A stretch of DNA of 64,000 nucleotides, from NCBI GenBank assembly GCA_947177445.1, contig CAMWUL010000004.1, positions 16,664 to 80,663 on the forward strand. Direction: 5' to 3'. The notes below the pieces were generated by a model. That model searched no databases and was not told the origin of the DNA. It was given only the letters and a program-made list of their open reading frames with translations. Both the position numbers and the translations under genes were made by a program. This document shows, piece after piece, positions 20,099-29,702 of this stretch (position 1 is its first letter; each line of letters opens with the position of its first letter). The stretch is from an uncultured Lachnospiraceae bacterium. GTDB taxonomy: Bacteria > Bacillota > Clostridia > Lachnospirales > Lachnospiraceae.

Positions 20099-20584
20099 TT
20101 ATATAATCTCCACCCTCTCAAAATATTTCATCAAAATCCCCGCACAATTCTGTATGCCCAGCTGAGATGTGTCCAGGATCATATGGTAGTTGTTCACGTC
20201 TCCCCAGACCTTTCCCGTATGCTCGTTATAGTAATCCGCCCGCTCCCTGTCATTCCTCTCCAGCATACTTTTGGCTTCTTCCCGGGACAGGGATTTCTTC
20301 TCCATGACCCTCTTGATCCGGTCTTCCTTGTCCGCGCAGACATATACGTTAAAAACATTGACCTGATCCTTCAGGATCTCCGACGCGCATCTTCCCAGTA
20401 TGATACAGGGGTTCGCCGCCAGTTCCCGTATCACATCCGCCTCATTGGAGAAATTATCCTCATGAAGCTCATGCTCTATATAAGCCTTGTCATATACGGG
20501 AATATCCAGCTTTCTGGAAAGCTCTTCCGCTATGAGGCTCGCCCCTGTGCCAAATCTGCGGCTCATGGTGATCACCAGATTCAT
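20099..20584 (-). CDS. Cytidylate kinase-like family protein
   Basis: VITMSRRFGTGA, CIILGRCA, D.ERA.YY...TG..WGD..NY. ATG at 20584 after AAAGGAGG. Confidence 0.88.
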   Translation of the reverse strand: MNLVITMSRRFGTGASLIAEELSRKLDIPVYDKAYIEHELHEDNFSNEADVIRELAANPCIILGRCASEILKDQVNVFNVYVCADKEDRIKRVMEKKSLSREEAKSMLERNDRERADYYNEHTGKVWGDVNNYHMILDTSQLGIQNCAGILMKYFERVEII

Positions 20585-20653
20585 ATGTGCTTCCTCCTTT
20601 GATGTATATTGGTTGCTCGGACAGGCATTCTTGCAGTATGCCTCGGGCAGAGA

Positions 20654-20905
20654 CCCGAAAAACCTTCGGTTTTCCGGGTTAGCAGAATTATTATACCATA
20701 AATTGCTTCGCAATTTACGGTATGATGGCCATCCGGCCATTTCCTGCCTTGAATAAGGTCATTATACCATGTGCGTAGAAAATCAAGCGGCTGCAAAGCA
20801 GACATTTGATTTTCAAGCCATGGGTTACGGTATAATGCATCACGAAGTGATGATAAGACAGCGTAAGCTGGCTTGAATTCTGCGTTAGCAGAATTATTAT
20901 ACCAT
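20654..20905. repeat. Composite hairpin-rich element (family B) with a 22-bp direct repeat and ATTATACCRTAA inverted ends
   Basis: GTTAGCAGAATTATTATACCAT at 20678-20699 and 20884-20905; inverted ends at 20690-20701 and 20825-20836; at least 6 small hairpins. Confidence 0.75.
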
Positions 20906-20927
20906 GGTTTCCGCCCATGCACAAGGA

Positions 20928-20959
20928 AAGTCTCCTTTCAATTATTGGAAAGGAGACTT
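20928..20959. terminator. Terminator of the glycan operon
   Basis: AAGTCTCCTTTC-N8-GAAAGGAGACTT just downstream of the GH35 gene. Confidence 0.75.
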
Positions 20960-20994
20960 GTGAATCATCTCACTATTCGAATCCCTGGAAATCC

Positions 20995-22746
20995 TCACCC
21001 CACATCCGGCTCGTCGTAAAAGCAGATTTCTCCGGAAGTTTTTCCTTCTGTCTCAAATACAATAAACTGGTTATTGCCCTTTTTCAGCAGAGGTCCCGGC
21101 ACATAAAGCCGTTTCTGGGGTCCGATCTCCCAGAAGCGCCCCAGGTTAAAGCCGTTCAGGAACACGCAGCCTTTCCCCCAGCCCTCCAGCTCCACAAAGG
21201 TATCCGCCGGCTCCTCCACCATCAGTTCAAACTCATAAAAGGCGGGCATTCCCGGGGTATATCCTGCCGTAAAGTCCAGACAATCCAGGTTATCCAACGG
21301 CAGCATATACTGCTTCCAGCCCGTATGCATATGGCCGTTGATCTGGACGCATCCATCGATACCCTTCCTTTGCCTGTTCATTCTGGGACCGAAATTCACG
21401 CGCCCCATATTTTCCACCAAAATCCGGATCTCCTCTCCCTCTTTGGCCGCCTTATCCAGCATATGCTCCGCCTCCAGCTCATGGTCGTAAAGGTTCAGCA
21501 GGCGTTCCTCTCCCAGGAAAATATTGGCCCGGTCATTGGCATCCCACAGGCGGATTTTCTCCAGCCTCCTCTCATTGCGGACAGGAGACGTATACAGAAT
21601 ATAGCCGTAGCTCTGTCCCAATCTTTCCATGCTCTGAGGCTGCAGACTATTTACTGGTGCAGACAGCCCGGGAAGCGACTGCATCAGGCCCGCCTTTCTT
21701 TTAACCTCCGCCCTTCCATAGGCCTTTTTAGGTATAGGAGCCGGCAGACCTTTCCGGGCCGTTTCCCCCGTCACCCTGCGGATAATTTCCTGATACCGGT
21801 AAAACTTCTCCGTCAGGTCTCCCGCCTCAGTCAGTACGGCGTCATAGTCATAGGAGGTTACATCGGGAGACAGCTCGCTGTAATAATTGGAACCGTTCAT
21901 AAATCCAAAGTTGGTGCCCCCGATAAACATATAAATATTCACATGTCCCAGACGGATCATATCCTCCAGATCCTGAGCACTCTGCTCCAGGTTCCCTGTC
22001 ATATGACCTCCGTTACCCCAGTGGTCAAACCAGCCTACCCAGAACTCCGCGCACATCAGAGGACCTCCCTGCGTAAACTGCTTCAGAACCTCAAAGCGTT
22101 CCCTGGTCTTCGACCCAAAATTTCCGGTGGGAAGAGCTCCTTCCACCTGTCCTCCCATAATGCTCTCGTCCTTGGGCTCATCGGAGGTGATCAGGGGCAC
22201 GGTGATTCCGCCCTGTCTGAGCAGGTCCCTCATTGTCTCCAGATAGGCCTTGTCGTCGGCAAAATATCCGTATTCGTTTTCCACCTGCATCAGGAGCACA
22301 TTGCCGCCCTCCGTGATCTGAAGCGGCTTCAGTATCGGCAGAAGCACCCTATAGTATTCCTTCACCTGCTCCATAAATGCAGGTGAAGAGCTTCGAACCT
22401 GCATGCCGTCCTCCGCCAACAGCCACCCCGGCAGGCCCCCGAACTCCCACTCCGCACAAATATAAGGGGAGGGGCGAAGAATCACATACAAGCCCAGCTC
22501 CTCTGCCAGCCGTACAAATCCCGCCACATCGGCCATTCCTTCAAAGTTAAACTGTCCCTTTTTCGGCTCATGGACATTCCAGGGAATATAGGTCTCTACC
22601 GTATTCAGTCCCATTGCCTTTAATTTTTCCAGCCTGTCACGCCAGTATTGTGGTACGATTCGAAAATAATGAATACTCCCCGACAATATCTGGAAGGGTT
22701 CTCCGTCCAGATAAAAGGTTTCTCTAATTTCAAATGTTCTTGCCAT
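20995..22746 (-). CDS. GH35 beta-galactosidase
   Basis: SGSIHYFR, YICAEWEFGGLP, QVENEYG, AEFWVGWFDHWG, TSYDYDA. Confidence 0.95.
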   Translation of the reverse strand: MARTFEIRETFYLDGEPFQILSGSIHYFRIVPQYWRDRLEKLKAMGLNTVETYIPWNVHEPKKGQFNFEGMADVAGFVRLAEELGLYVILRPSPYICAEWEFGGLPGWLLAEDGMQVRSSSPAFMEQVKEYYRVLLPILKPLQITEGGNVLLMQVENEYGYFADDKAYLETMRDLLRQGGITVPLITSDEPKDESIMGGQVEGALPTGNFGSKTRERFEVLKQFTQGGPLMCAEFWVGWFDHWGNGGHMTGNLEQSAQDLEDMIRLGHVNIYMFIGGTNFGFMNGSNYYSELSPDVTSYDYDAVLTEAGDLTEKFYRYQEIIRRVTGETARKGLPAPIPKKAYGRAEVKRKAGLMQSLPGLSAPVNSLQPQSMERLGQSYGYILYTSPVRNERRLEKIRLWDANDRANIFLGEERLLNLYDHELEAEHMLDKAAKEGEEIRILVENMGRVNFGPRMNRQRKGIDGCVQINGHMHTGWKQYMLPLDNLDCLDFTAGYTPGMPAFYEFELMVEEPADTFVELEGWGKGCVFLNGFNLGRFWEIGPQKRLYVPGPLLKKGNNQFIVFETEGKTSGEICFYDEPDVG

Positions 22747-22833
22747 TGCTGCTCCCTCTGCCGAAGCCGCCGCGGTTTATTGTTCTCATAGCGGCTCCGT
22801 TCATAAATAACCTTTCAATCCTCCCCGGCTCCA

Positions 22834-24375
22834 TTACCGGGCCGGCTCATCCGTCAATATTATTGTGGTCACCGACATTCTGGGAATTACAATTACCGTA
22901 TCGGCCAAAAACGCATCCTCCGAAACACATTCCAGATCTCTGGTATCCGATGTTTCATAGTACGCAATCCGGCTGTAGCCCTCACAGCCCTCCAGCACAA
23001 ATTCCTGATCCTCGGTCTTGCTCTCATTGATAAAGACCATGACCAATTCCTTTTCACCCTTCTCATTGACACCGGTAAATGCCGTGGGCAGCATCTCTTC
23101 CTGACTCCGGGTATCCGCCTGAATGTCTACGCGCACGTAACCGGGCCTCACATATCTGCTGTAGTTCCCAAAGCTCCACAGCCGCTTCAGCGCCCGGAAT
23201 TTCTGGCTTTTCTCGTCAATGTAGATCAGCCCGTCCCGATATCCCCCCGGCGCCACGGCCACCCAGTTCTGCCAGGAGACCACATCCAGTATCCGCAGAT
23301 CCTCCGCAATTTCCTGGGCAATATGGATCGCGGAATCCATGGTCACATCCGAGCCGTTCACCATCTCACACCACTCGCTGGTGCGAAGCTTCACATCCGG
23401 ATAATGCACTTTCATGTAATTGCGGTAGGCTTTTTTTGCCGTCTCGTCCGACCAGTAGGAATGATTATCCAGGGTGTCAAAATGAGCCGCCAGTCTTTCA
23501 TTGCCCAAAACCGCATTGGTGTATTCCAAGGCCTGACCGCCCCATTCTCCGCTCTCCGGACCGGAAAGCTTCACACCCGAAAGGGCCTCCCGGCTCTCCA
23601 GCTCATCCAAAAACGCCAGATACAGCTCTGTGGTCTGCTTCGGCTCATAGTGAGCGCCCTCCTGTCCTCCGGTCCACTCCCATTGAGGCTCATTAATGGG
23701 GGACAAAAATTTCACAGGAATGCCCTCCTCCAGAAAATGCTCCGCCACATCCATCACATAAACCGCGAAGGCTTCATAATTTTCCGCGGAAATATTGCTT
23801 TTCATCCCCTGGTCCAGATGAGCCTTTCCGTTGTCGGTGAGCCGCTCTAAGGGACTGTTGCAAAACAATACCACCTCTTCGACGCCCAGTTCCACGGCCT
23901 TTTCCAGAAACCATACCGCATTGGCATCCTTGTCGAAGTCATAGACTCCCTCAGATACCTCAAAGCTCTGGGCTCTCCTGTGAATATCCGAGTAGCTTCC
24001 CTTTCTGCTTTCCGCAGACCCGGCCCCCAGATTAAAGCGGTAACAGGTCAGGCCGATCCCCTGCTCCCTGTCAAAGAGAAGCTCGGCGATCCTTTCCCTG
24101 GAGCTTAGGCCGCTGTCATCCACGCTCTCCGTGAATCCTCCCACATACTGACTCCACCAGGCGCCGCTGGTGCCAAAGCTCTCCATGGTCTGGTAGGTGG
24201 TTTCCGTATCCACCTTCATCTTATGATACTGCGACGTATCGATGGTCTCCTCCGGCTCCTCCTCCGACAGGCTTTCCCGGGTATCCTGGGCAGGGGGTGA
24301 ATCCCCCTGCCCGCAGCCTGTCAGAAGACCGCCCAAAAGCCCCAGACAGGCACATAAAATGACTCCTCGCTTCAT
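22834..24375 (-). CDS. GH30-family glycoside hydrolase lipoprotein (possible endo-beta-1,6-galactanase)
   Basis: Lipobox LLTGC, FGTSGAWW, GIGL..YRFNLGAGS, acid/base INEP and nucleophile TSEW. The subfamily is inferred. Confidence 0.75.
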   Translation of the reverse strand: MKRGVILCACLGLLGGLLTGCGQGDSPPAQDTRESLSEEEPEETIDTSQYHKMKVDTETTYQTMESFGTSGAWWSQYVGGFTESVDDSGLSSRERIAELLFDREQGIGLTCYRFNLGAGSAESRKGSYSDIHRRAQSFEVSEGVYDFDKDANAVWFLEKAVELGVEEVVLFCNSPLERLTDNGKAHLDQGMKSNISAENYEAFAVYVMDVAEHFLEEGIPVKFLSPINEPQWEWTGGQEGAHYEPKQTTELYLAFLDELESREALSGVKLSGPESGEWGGQALEYTNAVLGNERLAAHFDTLDNHSYWSDETAKKAYRNYMKVHYPDVKLRTSEWCEMVNGSDVTMDSAIHIAQEIAEDLRILDVVSWQNWVAVAPGGYRDGLIYIDEKSQKFRALKRLWSFGNYSRYVRPGYVRVDIQADTRSQEEMLPTAFTGVNEKGEKELVMVFINESKTEDQEFVLEGCEGYSRIAYYETSDTRDLECVSEDAFLADTVIVIPRMSVTTIILTDEPAR

Positions 24376-24453
24376 TAAAATTTCCTTTCCGACATATTCT
24401 CCATGCAGCCGTCTCCGGCGTTTTGGAAAATATCCGCATTTGGCAGTTTATCC

Positions 24454-24488
24454 GTTACTTTTCACGGCTTCGCCGTTCAAAGCAACAT
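24454..24488 (+). mobile_element. Family A element, left-end fragment (35 bp)
   Basis: GTTACTTTTCACGGCTTCGCCGTTCAAAGCAACAT, identical to the start of copy 4; abuts the permease stop codon. Confidence 0.8.
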
Positions 24489-25493
24489 TTATCCCACTAG
24501 TCCGGAATTTTCCATATTTTCCACCAGCTTCCTCTGTCCAATCAGATACACGATCAAAAGAGGAATCAAGAAGATCAGCACTCCCGCCTGCTTCACTGCG
24601 TCAAAGGCCATATCCGAAACTACAGGCACATCAAACCATGTGGTCAGGGCATTCAGTATATAATCCTTATTGGCCGAGATAAAGGTGGAGGAAAGCAGGG
24701 TACTCATATAGCTTCCGCTGGGATTAAAGTAATTTGTATAATAGGTGTCTCCGTAGTTCCATACAAAGGACAAAATCGCCACCGTGGAAATAATGGGTAC
24801 CGCATTGGGCAGCATAATCCTGAAATATGTACGGTAAAATCCGCAGCCGTCTATCAGAGAGGCTTCTTCCAGCTCCTTGGGTATATTCTTAAAGAACTGG
24901 CTGAACAGGAAGATAAACAGGCTCTGATTGACTCCGAATCCGAATATTGCCAGCAGCACCAGCACAATGGGATTGTTGATCAGATTCACCTCTCCCGCCG
25001 TTGTAAACAGCTTCATCAGCCCCATTACATCAAAGTGCACGAAGGAAATATACTGGGCCAGCAGAAGGGACTGCCTGGGGATCAGGAACACCAGAATCAC
25101 CATAGCGAATACCAGACCTCTTCCCCAGAATTTTACTCTGGCCAGGGAATAACCCACCATAGCGGAAAAGAATACCTGTACGATCATGATCCCCACGGCA
25201 TACAGCACGGAGCGGGCCATAGTCATGATCCCCTGGGGCATCACCAGCCGCACCGCCGCCTTAAAGCTGACGGCGGAAAATTCCTCGGGAATCCAGATCA
25301 CATTCGGATTTCCCAGATCCTCAATCGTAGAAAAAATAGTAGGCACCAGGCTGAGTATAGGGTAAATAATGGTAAAACACAACCCCAAAATCAGGACCAT
25401 GGAGAAAAACCTGGATGCACCTTTTTTAGACTTTTTCCTGAACAGGTAAAGAGCCAGGCTGGCATCCACTTGCGTATATTGCTTATTTTTCAT
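24489..25493 (-). CDS. Carbohydrate ABC permease (MalG-like)
   Basis: EAA loop IPKELEEASLIDGC. Confidence 0.93.
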   Translation of the reverse strand: MKNKQYTQVDASLALYLFRKKSKKGASRFFSMVLILGLCFTIIYPILSLVPTIFSTIEDLGNPNVIWIPEEFSAVSFKAAVRLVMPQGIMTMARSVLYAVGIMIVQVFFSAMVGYSLARVKFWGRGLVFAMVILVFLIPRQSLLLAQYISFVHFDVMGLMKLFTTAGEVNLINNPIVLVLLAIFGFGVNQSLFIFLFSQFFKNIPKELEEASLIDGCGFYRTYFRIMLPNAVPIISTVAILSFVWNYGDTYYTNYFNPSGSYMSTLLSSTFISANKDYILNALTTWFDVPVVSDMAFDAVKQAGVLIFLIPLLIVYLIGQRKLVENMENSGLVG

Positions 25494-26394
25494 TCTTCTT
25501 TACCACCTTCCTCAAAAGCAGGGCCGCGATGGCCAGCACCAGGATCACGTTAAATATATAGATCACCGACAGAGCGGAGCCAACGCCGATTTTGCCCTGG
25601 GTAAAAGCAAAGGCATAGGCTTCCTCGGCGATGGAGGATTTCAGGAACAAATCCACGATGGTATAAATCACCACGAAAAACGTAATGTTCATAATAGAAG
25701 GAATGGTCACCTTCCAGAAGGTCTCATAGGCCGTAGCCCCTTCCATCTTTGCCACCTCATAAAGACTGGGGCTGATGGACTGCAGCGCCGTCAGATAAAC
25801 GAGAGTCTGCACACCTGCCTGAGATATCAGCTGGAAAATATTTTCCACATAGGTCATGATAGGGTAAAGCACCCGCATGGGCACATTCAGGGTCCGCACT
25901 AAAAATATAGTCACATAGCTTCCTGCCAGCAGATTGCTCCCCGTGTCCAGGCCCGCAGAGGAACCGGTGGTGATGGTCAGCATATCCATGACCACATCCA
26001 GTCCCAGTATAATGGGCAGGAAAAACAGCAGACGGACCACCGCCCTGCCCTTAAACTTCTGGTTGGCCAGCAGGGCCATGAACAGACTGAACACCACAAT
26101 CAGCGGAAGGCTCAGCAGCATGGTGCTGTTTTCTTCCGTAAACAGCCTCAGCATGGGCTCATTGCCGGTAGTGACCTCCGTCTGAAACAGGTTGATGTAA
26201 TTCTGTATTCCGGTCCACTCGAAGGTCATGCCGCCCTGATCCGCCACGCCTACATTATTCAGGGAATAGTAGATCGTATTGAACAGGGGCACCAGGAAAA
26301 AGGCAATAAATCCGATGAGGAAAGGACTGACAAAGATAAGCCCGTGGATCTTCCACATTACCCGGAACGATAATTTTTTCTTATTTTTCTTCAT
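25483..26394 (-). CDS. Carbohydrate ABC permease (MalF-like)
   Basis: LQSISPSLYEVAKMEGA. Confidence 0.93.
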   Translation of the reverse strand: MKKNKKKLSFRVMWKIHGLIFVSPFLIGFIAFFLVPLFNTIYYSLNNVGVADQGGMTFEWTGIQNYINLFQTEVTTGNEPMLRLFTEENSTMLLSLPLIVVFSLFMALLANQKFKGRAVVRLLFFLPIILGLDVVMDMLTITTGSSAGLDTGSNLLAGSYVTIFLVRTLNVPMRVLYPIMTYVENIFQLISQAGVQTLVYLTALQSISPSLYEVAKMEGATAYETFWKVTIPSIMNITFFVVIYTIVDLFLKSSIAEEAYAFAFTQGKIGVGSALSVIYIFNVILVLAIAALLLRKVVKKNEK

Positions 26395-29049
26395 CTACTT
26401 CCCCTCCTTTATCAGGTAACCCTCGGCGGGCAGCTGCGTGCCGTCGGGAAGTGTCACTTCATATAAATTGTAGTTAACATAAACCTCCGCCCCTCCGGCA
26501 TAGGTAGTATGATAGACGCCTCCGTCGATCACCTCATGTCCGGTAATCTCATTGGTTCCGATCCTGCTGCGGATCGATGCGCACTCCTGGTAGACATCCT
26601 TGATTTTCTCCTCCAGCAGACTGAACTGAGCGGAATACAGATAGCTGAAATCGGAATTCTTCAACACATCCACGTTTTCCCAGGTAAGAATAAATTTGGG
26701 GAAGGATCCCAGCTCCGCCGCCTGCAGCACGAAATACGAGGCGTTTTTGCTGGACAGGTTCACATCCTCCGTGGTGTAATCGATCAATCCGTTCATTACC
26801 AGCTGCTTAAAAGGTATTGTGGCTGCAAACGTGGCATAATCGCTGCTCTCTCTGGACACATCCGAAGCCACGCTGCCGTATTTGAGCTTGTCGATATGGG
26901 GATTGGTCAGCGCCAGATCCTTTTCACCCGAAAGCTTTTCCAGATTCTTTTCCAGCACCTTGTTTCCCGTCTCACCGCTGACATAATTCTCATACCGGTA
27001 ATCCGCATAATACATTCCCGCCAGATCTGACACCGCCAGCCTCGAATACTGACCCGCATCTTTCAGGAAAGAATCCGTTACGCCGCTTAAGAACCTCGGC
27101 GACAGCAGATAATAATCGTCATGGGTCATTCCGTCGCTGAGAGCACTGTTCAAAATTCCCAGCACCGGCTGATAGCGGGAAAGGGACACCTCCTCGTTGG
27201 CATAGTCCCGCACGGCATGACTGGATGCCCTGAAGCCGTTGCCATTTTCCCAGATCTGACTTAACGCCACCTGCATATACAGCGGAATCTGATGCTCCTC
27301 GGCATAAGAAAGCACCTGCTTCAGCCTGGATCTGCTTCCGTTCTGACCTGCCAGATCTCCGCCTCTGTTCAGTTCATTGTTCCAGCCGCCGTTGAATGCG
27401 CCGTCATACTGCATCAGATAGTCAACGCCCTCCAGCTGTTCCATCATGGTCAGCAGCTCTTCGTAATCCGTCATGGAATATGCCTTGCTGTAGGGAATTC
27501 CCACAAAACGGGAGGTTATATTCAGTCCCCCTACCACCTCCAGATACATTTTTGCAGCGCCGTCTCCGTATTCTACCGGCATCCCCTGGCTTTGTGCCAG
27601 ATATGCCTGGTATCCTCTGGCCATATCGTAATAGGTGACCCCCTTGCCGTAGAACTGGTATCTCATAGTCAGATCCAGATCCTGCATCCCCGTGTTCACC
27701 AGATATGTACCGCTGCTTGAGCTGTATTCCCCATTGATTTTTACCCGCTTGTACTGGGTGATCTCAAAGGAATTATAGGCCTTGTTGTACTTGGCGCTGT
27801 CCGCGTTGGGGCTTGCCAGCTTCACGTTCAGGTAAGCCGTTCTGGCTCCCTCCTCGGCAATTGCCAAAAAGCCTTTCCTGGCGTTTTCGGACGGGCCGTA
27901 CAGCATACCATAGACCGGCATGTACAGCTCCTCCGAATATTCGGGCATATAGTAGTAGTCACTGAAAAAATCATTGTCATAGTACGGACGTTTGTAATCC
28001 GTTACATTTGACAGGTAGGAATTGAATGCAACCAACGCGCCGCTCCCATCCGGCAGCAGAATGTATCCCTCCTCATACTCGTCTACCGTGGTAGCGCCGA
28101 AGTTGGGAAGAAGGGTAAGACTCTGAGGCGTATAGTAATCATTATGGGAGACAATGCTTCCGCTGGGAACATGCACCACCAAATCGCCGTTGTCATCCAG
28201 CACAAGCTCCACAGTCAGATCGAATTCCGCCGGCTCCGTAAAGGTCACGGAAAATCCGAACTCCTCCGCATCCTCCATAAGCATATCCGTGTCATAGCCC
28301 ACCAGCTTCGTAACCTCGATCATCTGATTGGTGGCGCTGACCGGCGGGTTGCCGGTGTAGGTCACGGCATAGCATTCCTCTGTCAGGCTCCTTTTGTACA
28401 CCAGGCCCAGCGTGGTCAGATATCTCTCCCCCACTGCCTGATCCAGCGTCCCCTCTTTCATCAGACGCTTCAGGCCTCCTTCAAAGATTTCCTCGTATAC
28501 ATCAATCCGCATTTTCTTGGGCATGTACTCGTAAAATCGATTGGATTCGCCCTCGTTCAGATTGATGTCAATCCGGACTCCGTTATTGATCTGAAACAGG
28601 GAATAGCTTGAAAACAACGTGCTGTTGTCATAAGAATTCCACTCGTACAGATTGTTGTCCTCTCCCAGATAGGTAAGGGCAAGCAGTGCCAGTTCACTTC
28701 CCGAGCTGCCCTTCGCGGCGCTGCTGAAGGTATTTCCGGAGGTCTCGTCCTTCACCTCAATGGTCATGGCCTCGGTGTCCACCGTCAAGGTTTTTCCGCC
28801 GCTTTGAGCCACCGTCACTTTTCCGGCCTCCCGGCTGATCTCCGTTCCCTCCTGAGGCTGTCTGGAAGACGTGGCCTCAGGTCTTTCACTCTTCAGGGTC
28901 CACACAGGGATGCTGATGATCACATAGACCAGCAGGATAGCCGCCAGAATCGTCAAAGCAATTCTGCGGATGGTATGTCTGTCATAAAATTTTTTCAGAA
29001 AACCTGAAATATTCTGAAATGTCTGTCTGATCGCCGCCATCTTTCTCAT
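26395..29049 (-). CDS. Large membrane-anchored extracellular protein, DUF5696-like (possible uncharacterised glycosidase fold)
   Basis: N-terminal TM helix; LLPNFGA...GYILLPDGSGAL, PVYG and IPFKQLVMNG..Y motifs typical of this ABC-cluster protein. Confidence 0.65.
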   Translation of the reverse strand: MRKMAAIRQTFQNISGFLKKFYDRHTIRRIALTILAAILLVYVIISIPVWTLKSERPEATSSRQPQEGTEISREAGKVTVAQSGGKTLTVDTEAMTIEVKDETSGNTFSSAAKGSSGSELALLALTYLGEDNNLYEWNSYDNSTLFSSYSLFQINNGVRIDINLNEGESNRFYEYMPKKMRIDVYEEIFEGGLKRLMKEGTLDQAVGERYLTTLGLVYKRSLTEECYAVTYTGNPPVSATNQMIEVTKLVGYDTDMLMEDAEEFGFSVTFTEPAEFDLTVELVLDDNGDLVVHVPSGSIVSHNDYYTPQSLTLLPNFGATTVDEYEEGYILLPDGSGALVAFNSYLSNVTDYKRPYYDNDFFSDYYYMPEYSEELYMPVYGMLYGPSENARKGFLAIAEEGARTAYLNVKLASPNADSAKYNKAYNSFEITQYKRVKINGEYSSSSGTYLVNTGMQDLDLTMRYQFYGKGVTYYDMARGYQAYLAQSQGMPVEYGDGAAKMYLEVVGGLNITSRFVGIPYSKAYSMTDYEELLTMMEQLEGVDYLMQYDGAFNGGWNNELNRGGDLAGQNGSRSRLKQVLSYAEEHQIPLYMQVALSQIWENGNGFRASSHAVRDYANEEVSLSRYQPVLGILNSALSDGMTHDDYYLLSPRFLSGVTDSFLKDAGQYSRLAVSDLAGMYYADYRYENYVSGETGNKVLEKNLEKLSGEKDLALTNPHIDKLKYGSVASDVSRESSDYATFAATIPFKQLVMNGLIDYTTEDVNLSSKNASYFVLQAAELGSFPKFILTWENVDVLKNSDFSYLYSAQFSLLEEKIKDVYQECASIRSRIGTNEITGHEVIDGGVYHTTYAGGAEVYVNYNLYEVTLPDGTQLPAEGYLIKEGK

Positions 29050-29072
29050 TCTCCTTTCTAGTCACTGTCTCA

Positions 29073-29702
29073 TCACAGTCGTCTAAAGAACTCCTGCCCC
29101 ACCGAGATCACAAAAAGCACCATCTGCTCGATCAGGGTAAAAAACAGGATTCCAAGGAACAGGATAATGGCTGCCGCCACAAAGGTCAGCAGGATGGCTA
29201 TCAGATTCTTGCCGAAGCCGTATTCATGGATCACACACAGCCCCGCCAGCAGCATGAACAGAGACCAGACGATGCCGATGCCCGTGATTACATACACGAT
29301 CATGGCTTCCTCTTCAATGATAAAATTGCTGGCAAAGACCTGAAAGATCAGAGTGCACATAAAGGGAACCAGCGAATAGGAGGTTACCTTCAGAATATCC
29401 CCCAGATTGCCCTTCCCGTTCAGCAGTGTGGTCACAGACCAGTTACTGACAATGAAAAGCACGAACCCCAGCACCCAGGTCATAAAGATGGAGATACTGT
29501 TCATCGCTGCCAGATCATTTATGTTGATTACGAATCCGGTGTACTGATAGCTGACACACTGTAAAATACCGAATATTGCCAGAATCAGCACCGCCAGGGG
29601 AACACTTCCCTTTCCCCGGAAGCGGATCTCATAAAAAGCATCAAAGGGATGGAAAACCGACTGCTTCAAATAGCTTAATTTTTCCTTTACCGTCGCTTTC
29701 AT
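29073..29702 (-). CDS. YIP1-family membrane protein
   Basis: HPFDAFYE, NWSVTTL..GKG, IHEY; five TM segments. Confidence 0.8.
   Translation of the reverse strand: MKATVKEKLSYLKQSVFHPFDAFYEIRFRGKGSVPLAVLILAIFGILQCVSYQYTGFVININDLAAMNSISIFMTWVLGFVLFIVSNWSVTTLLNGKGNLGDILKVTSYSLVPFMCTLIFQVFASNFIIEEEAMIVYVITGIGIVWSLFMLLAGLCVIHEYGFGKNLIAILLTFVAAAIILFLGILFFTLIEQMVLFVISVGQEFFRRL

Noticed and set aside
20585-20680. Riboswitch in the structured leader of the cytidylate-kinase-like gene
   Set aside because: Hairpins are present but I recognised no known aptamer consensus, and part of it likely belongs to the family B repeat. An Rfam scan would settle it.
20585-20740. N-terminal extension of the cytidylate-kinase-like ORF, and ORF 20581-20922 with repeated WYNNSAN
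   Set aside because: The repeated peptide is just the translated TGGTATAAT repeat; the strong RBS places the start at 20584.
20678-20905. Possible mini CRISPR array (22-bp direct repeat)
   Set aside because: Only two full repeats, 184 bp of structured sequence between them, the repeat contains a -10 box, and there are no cas genes nearby.
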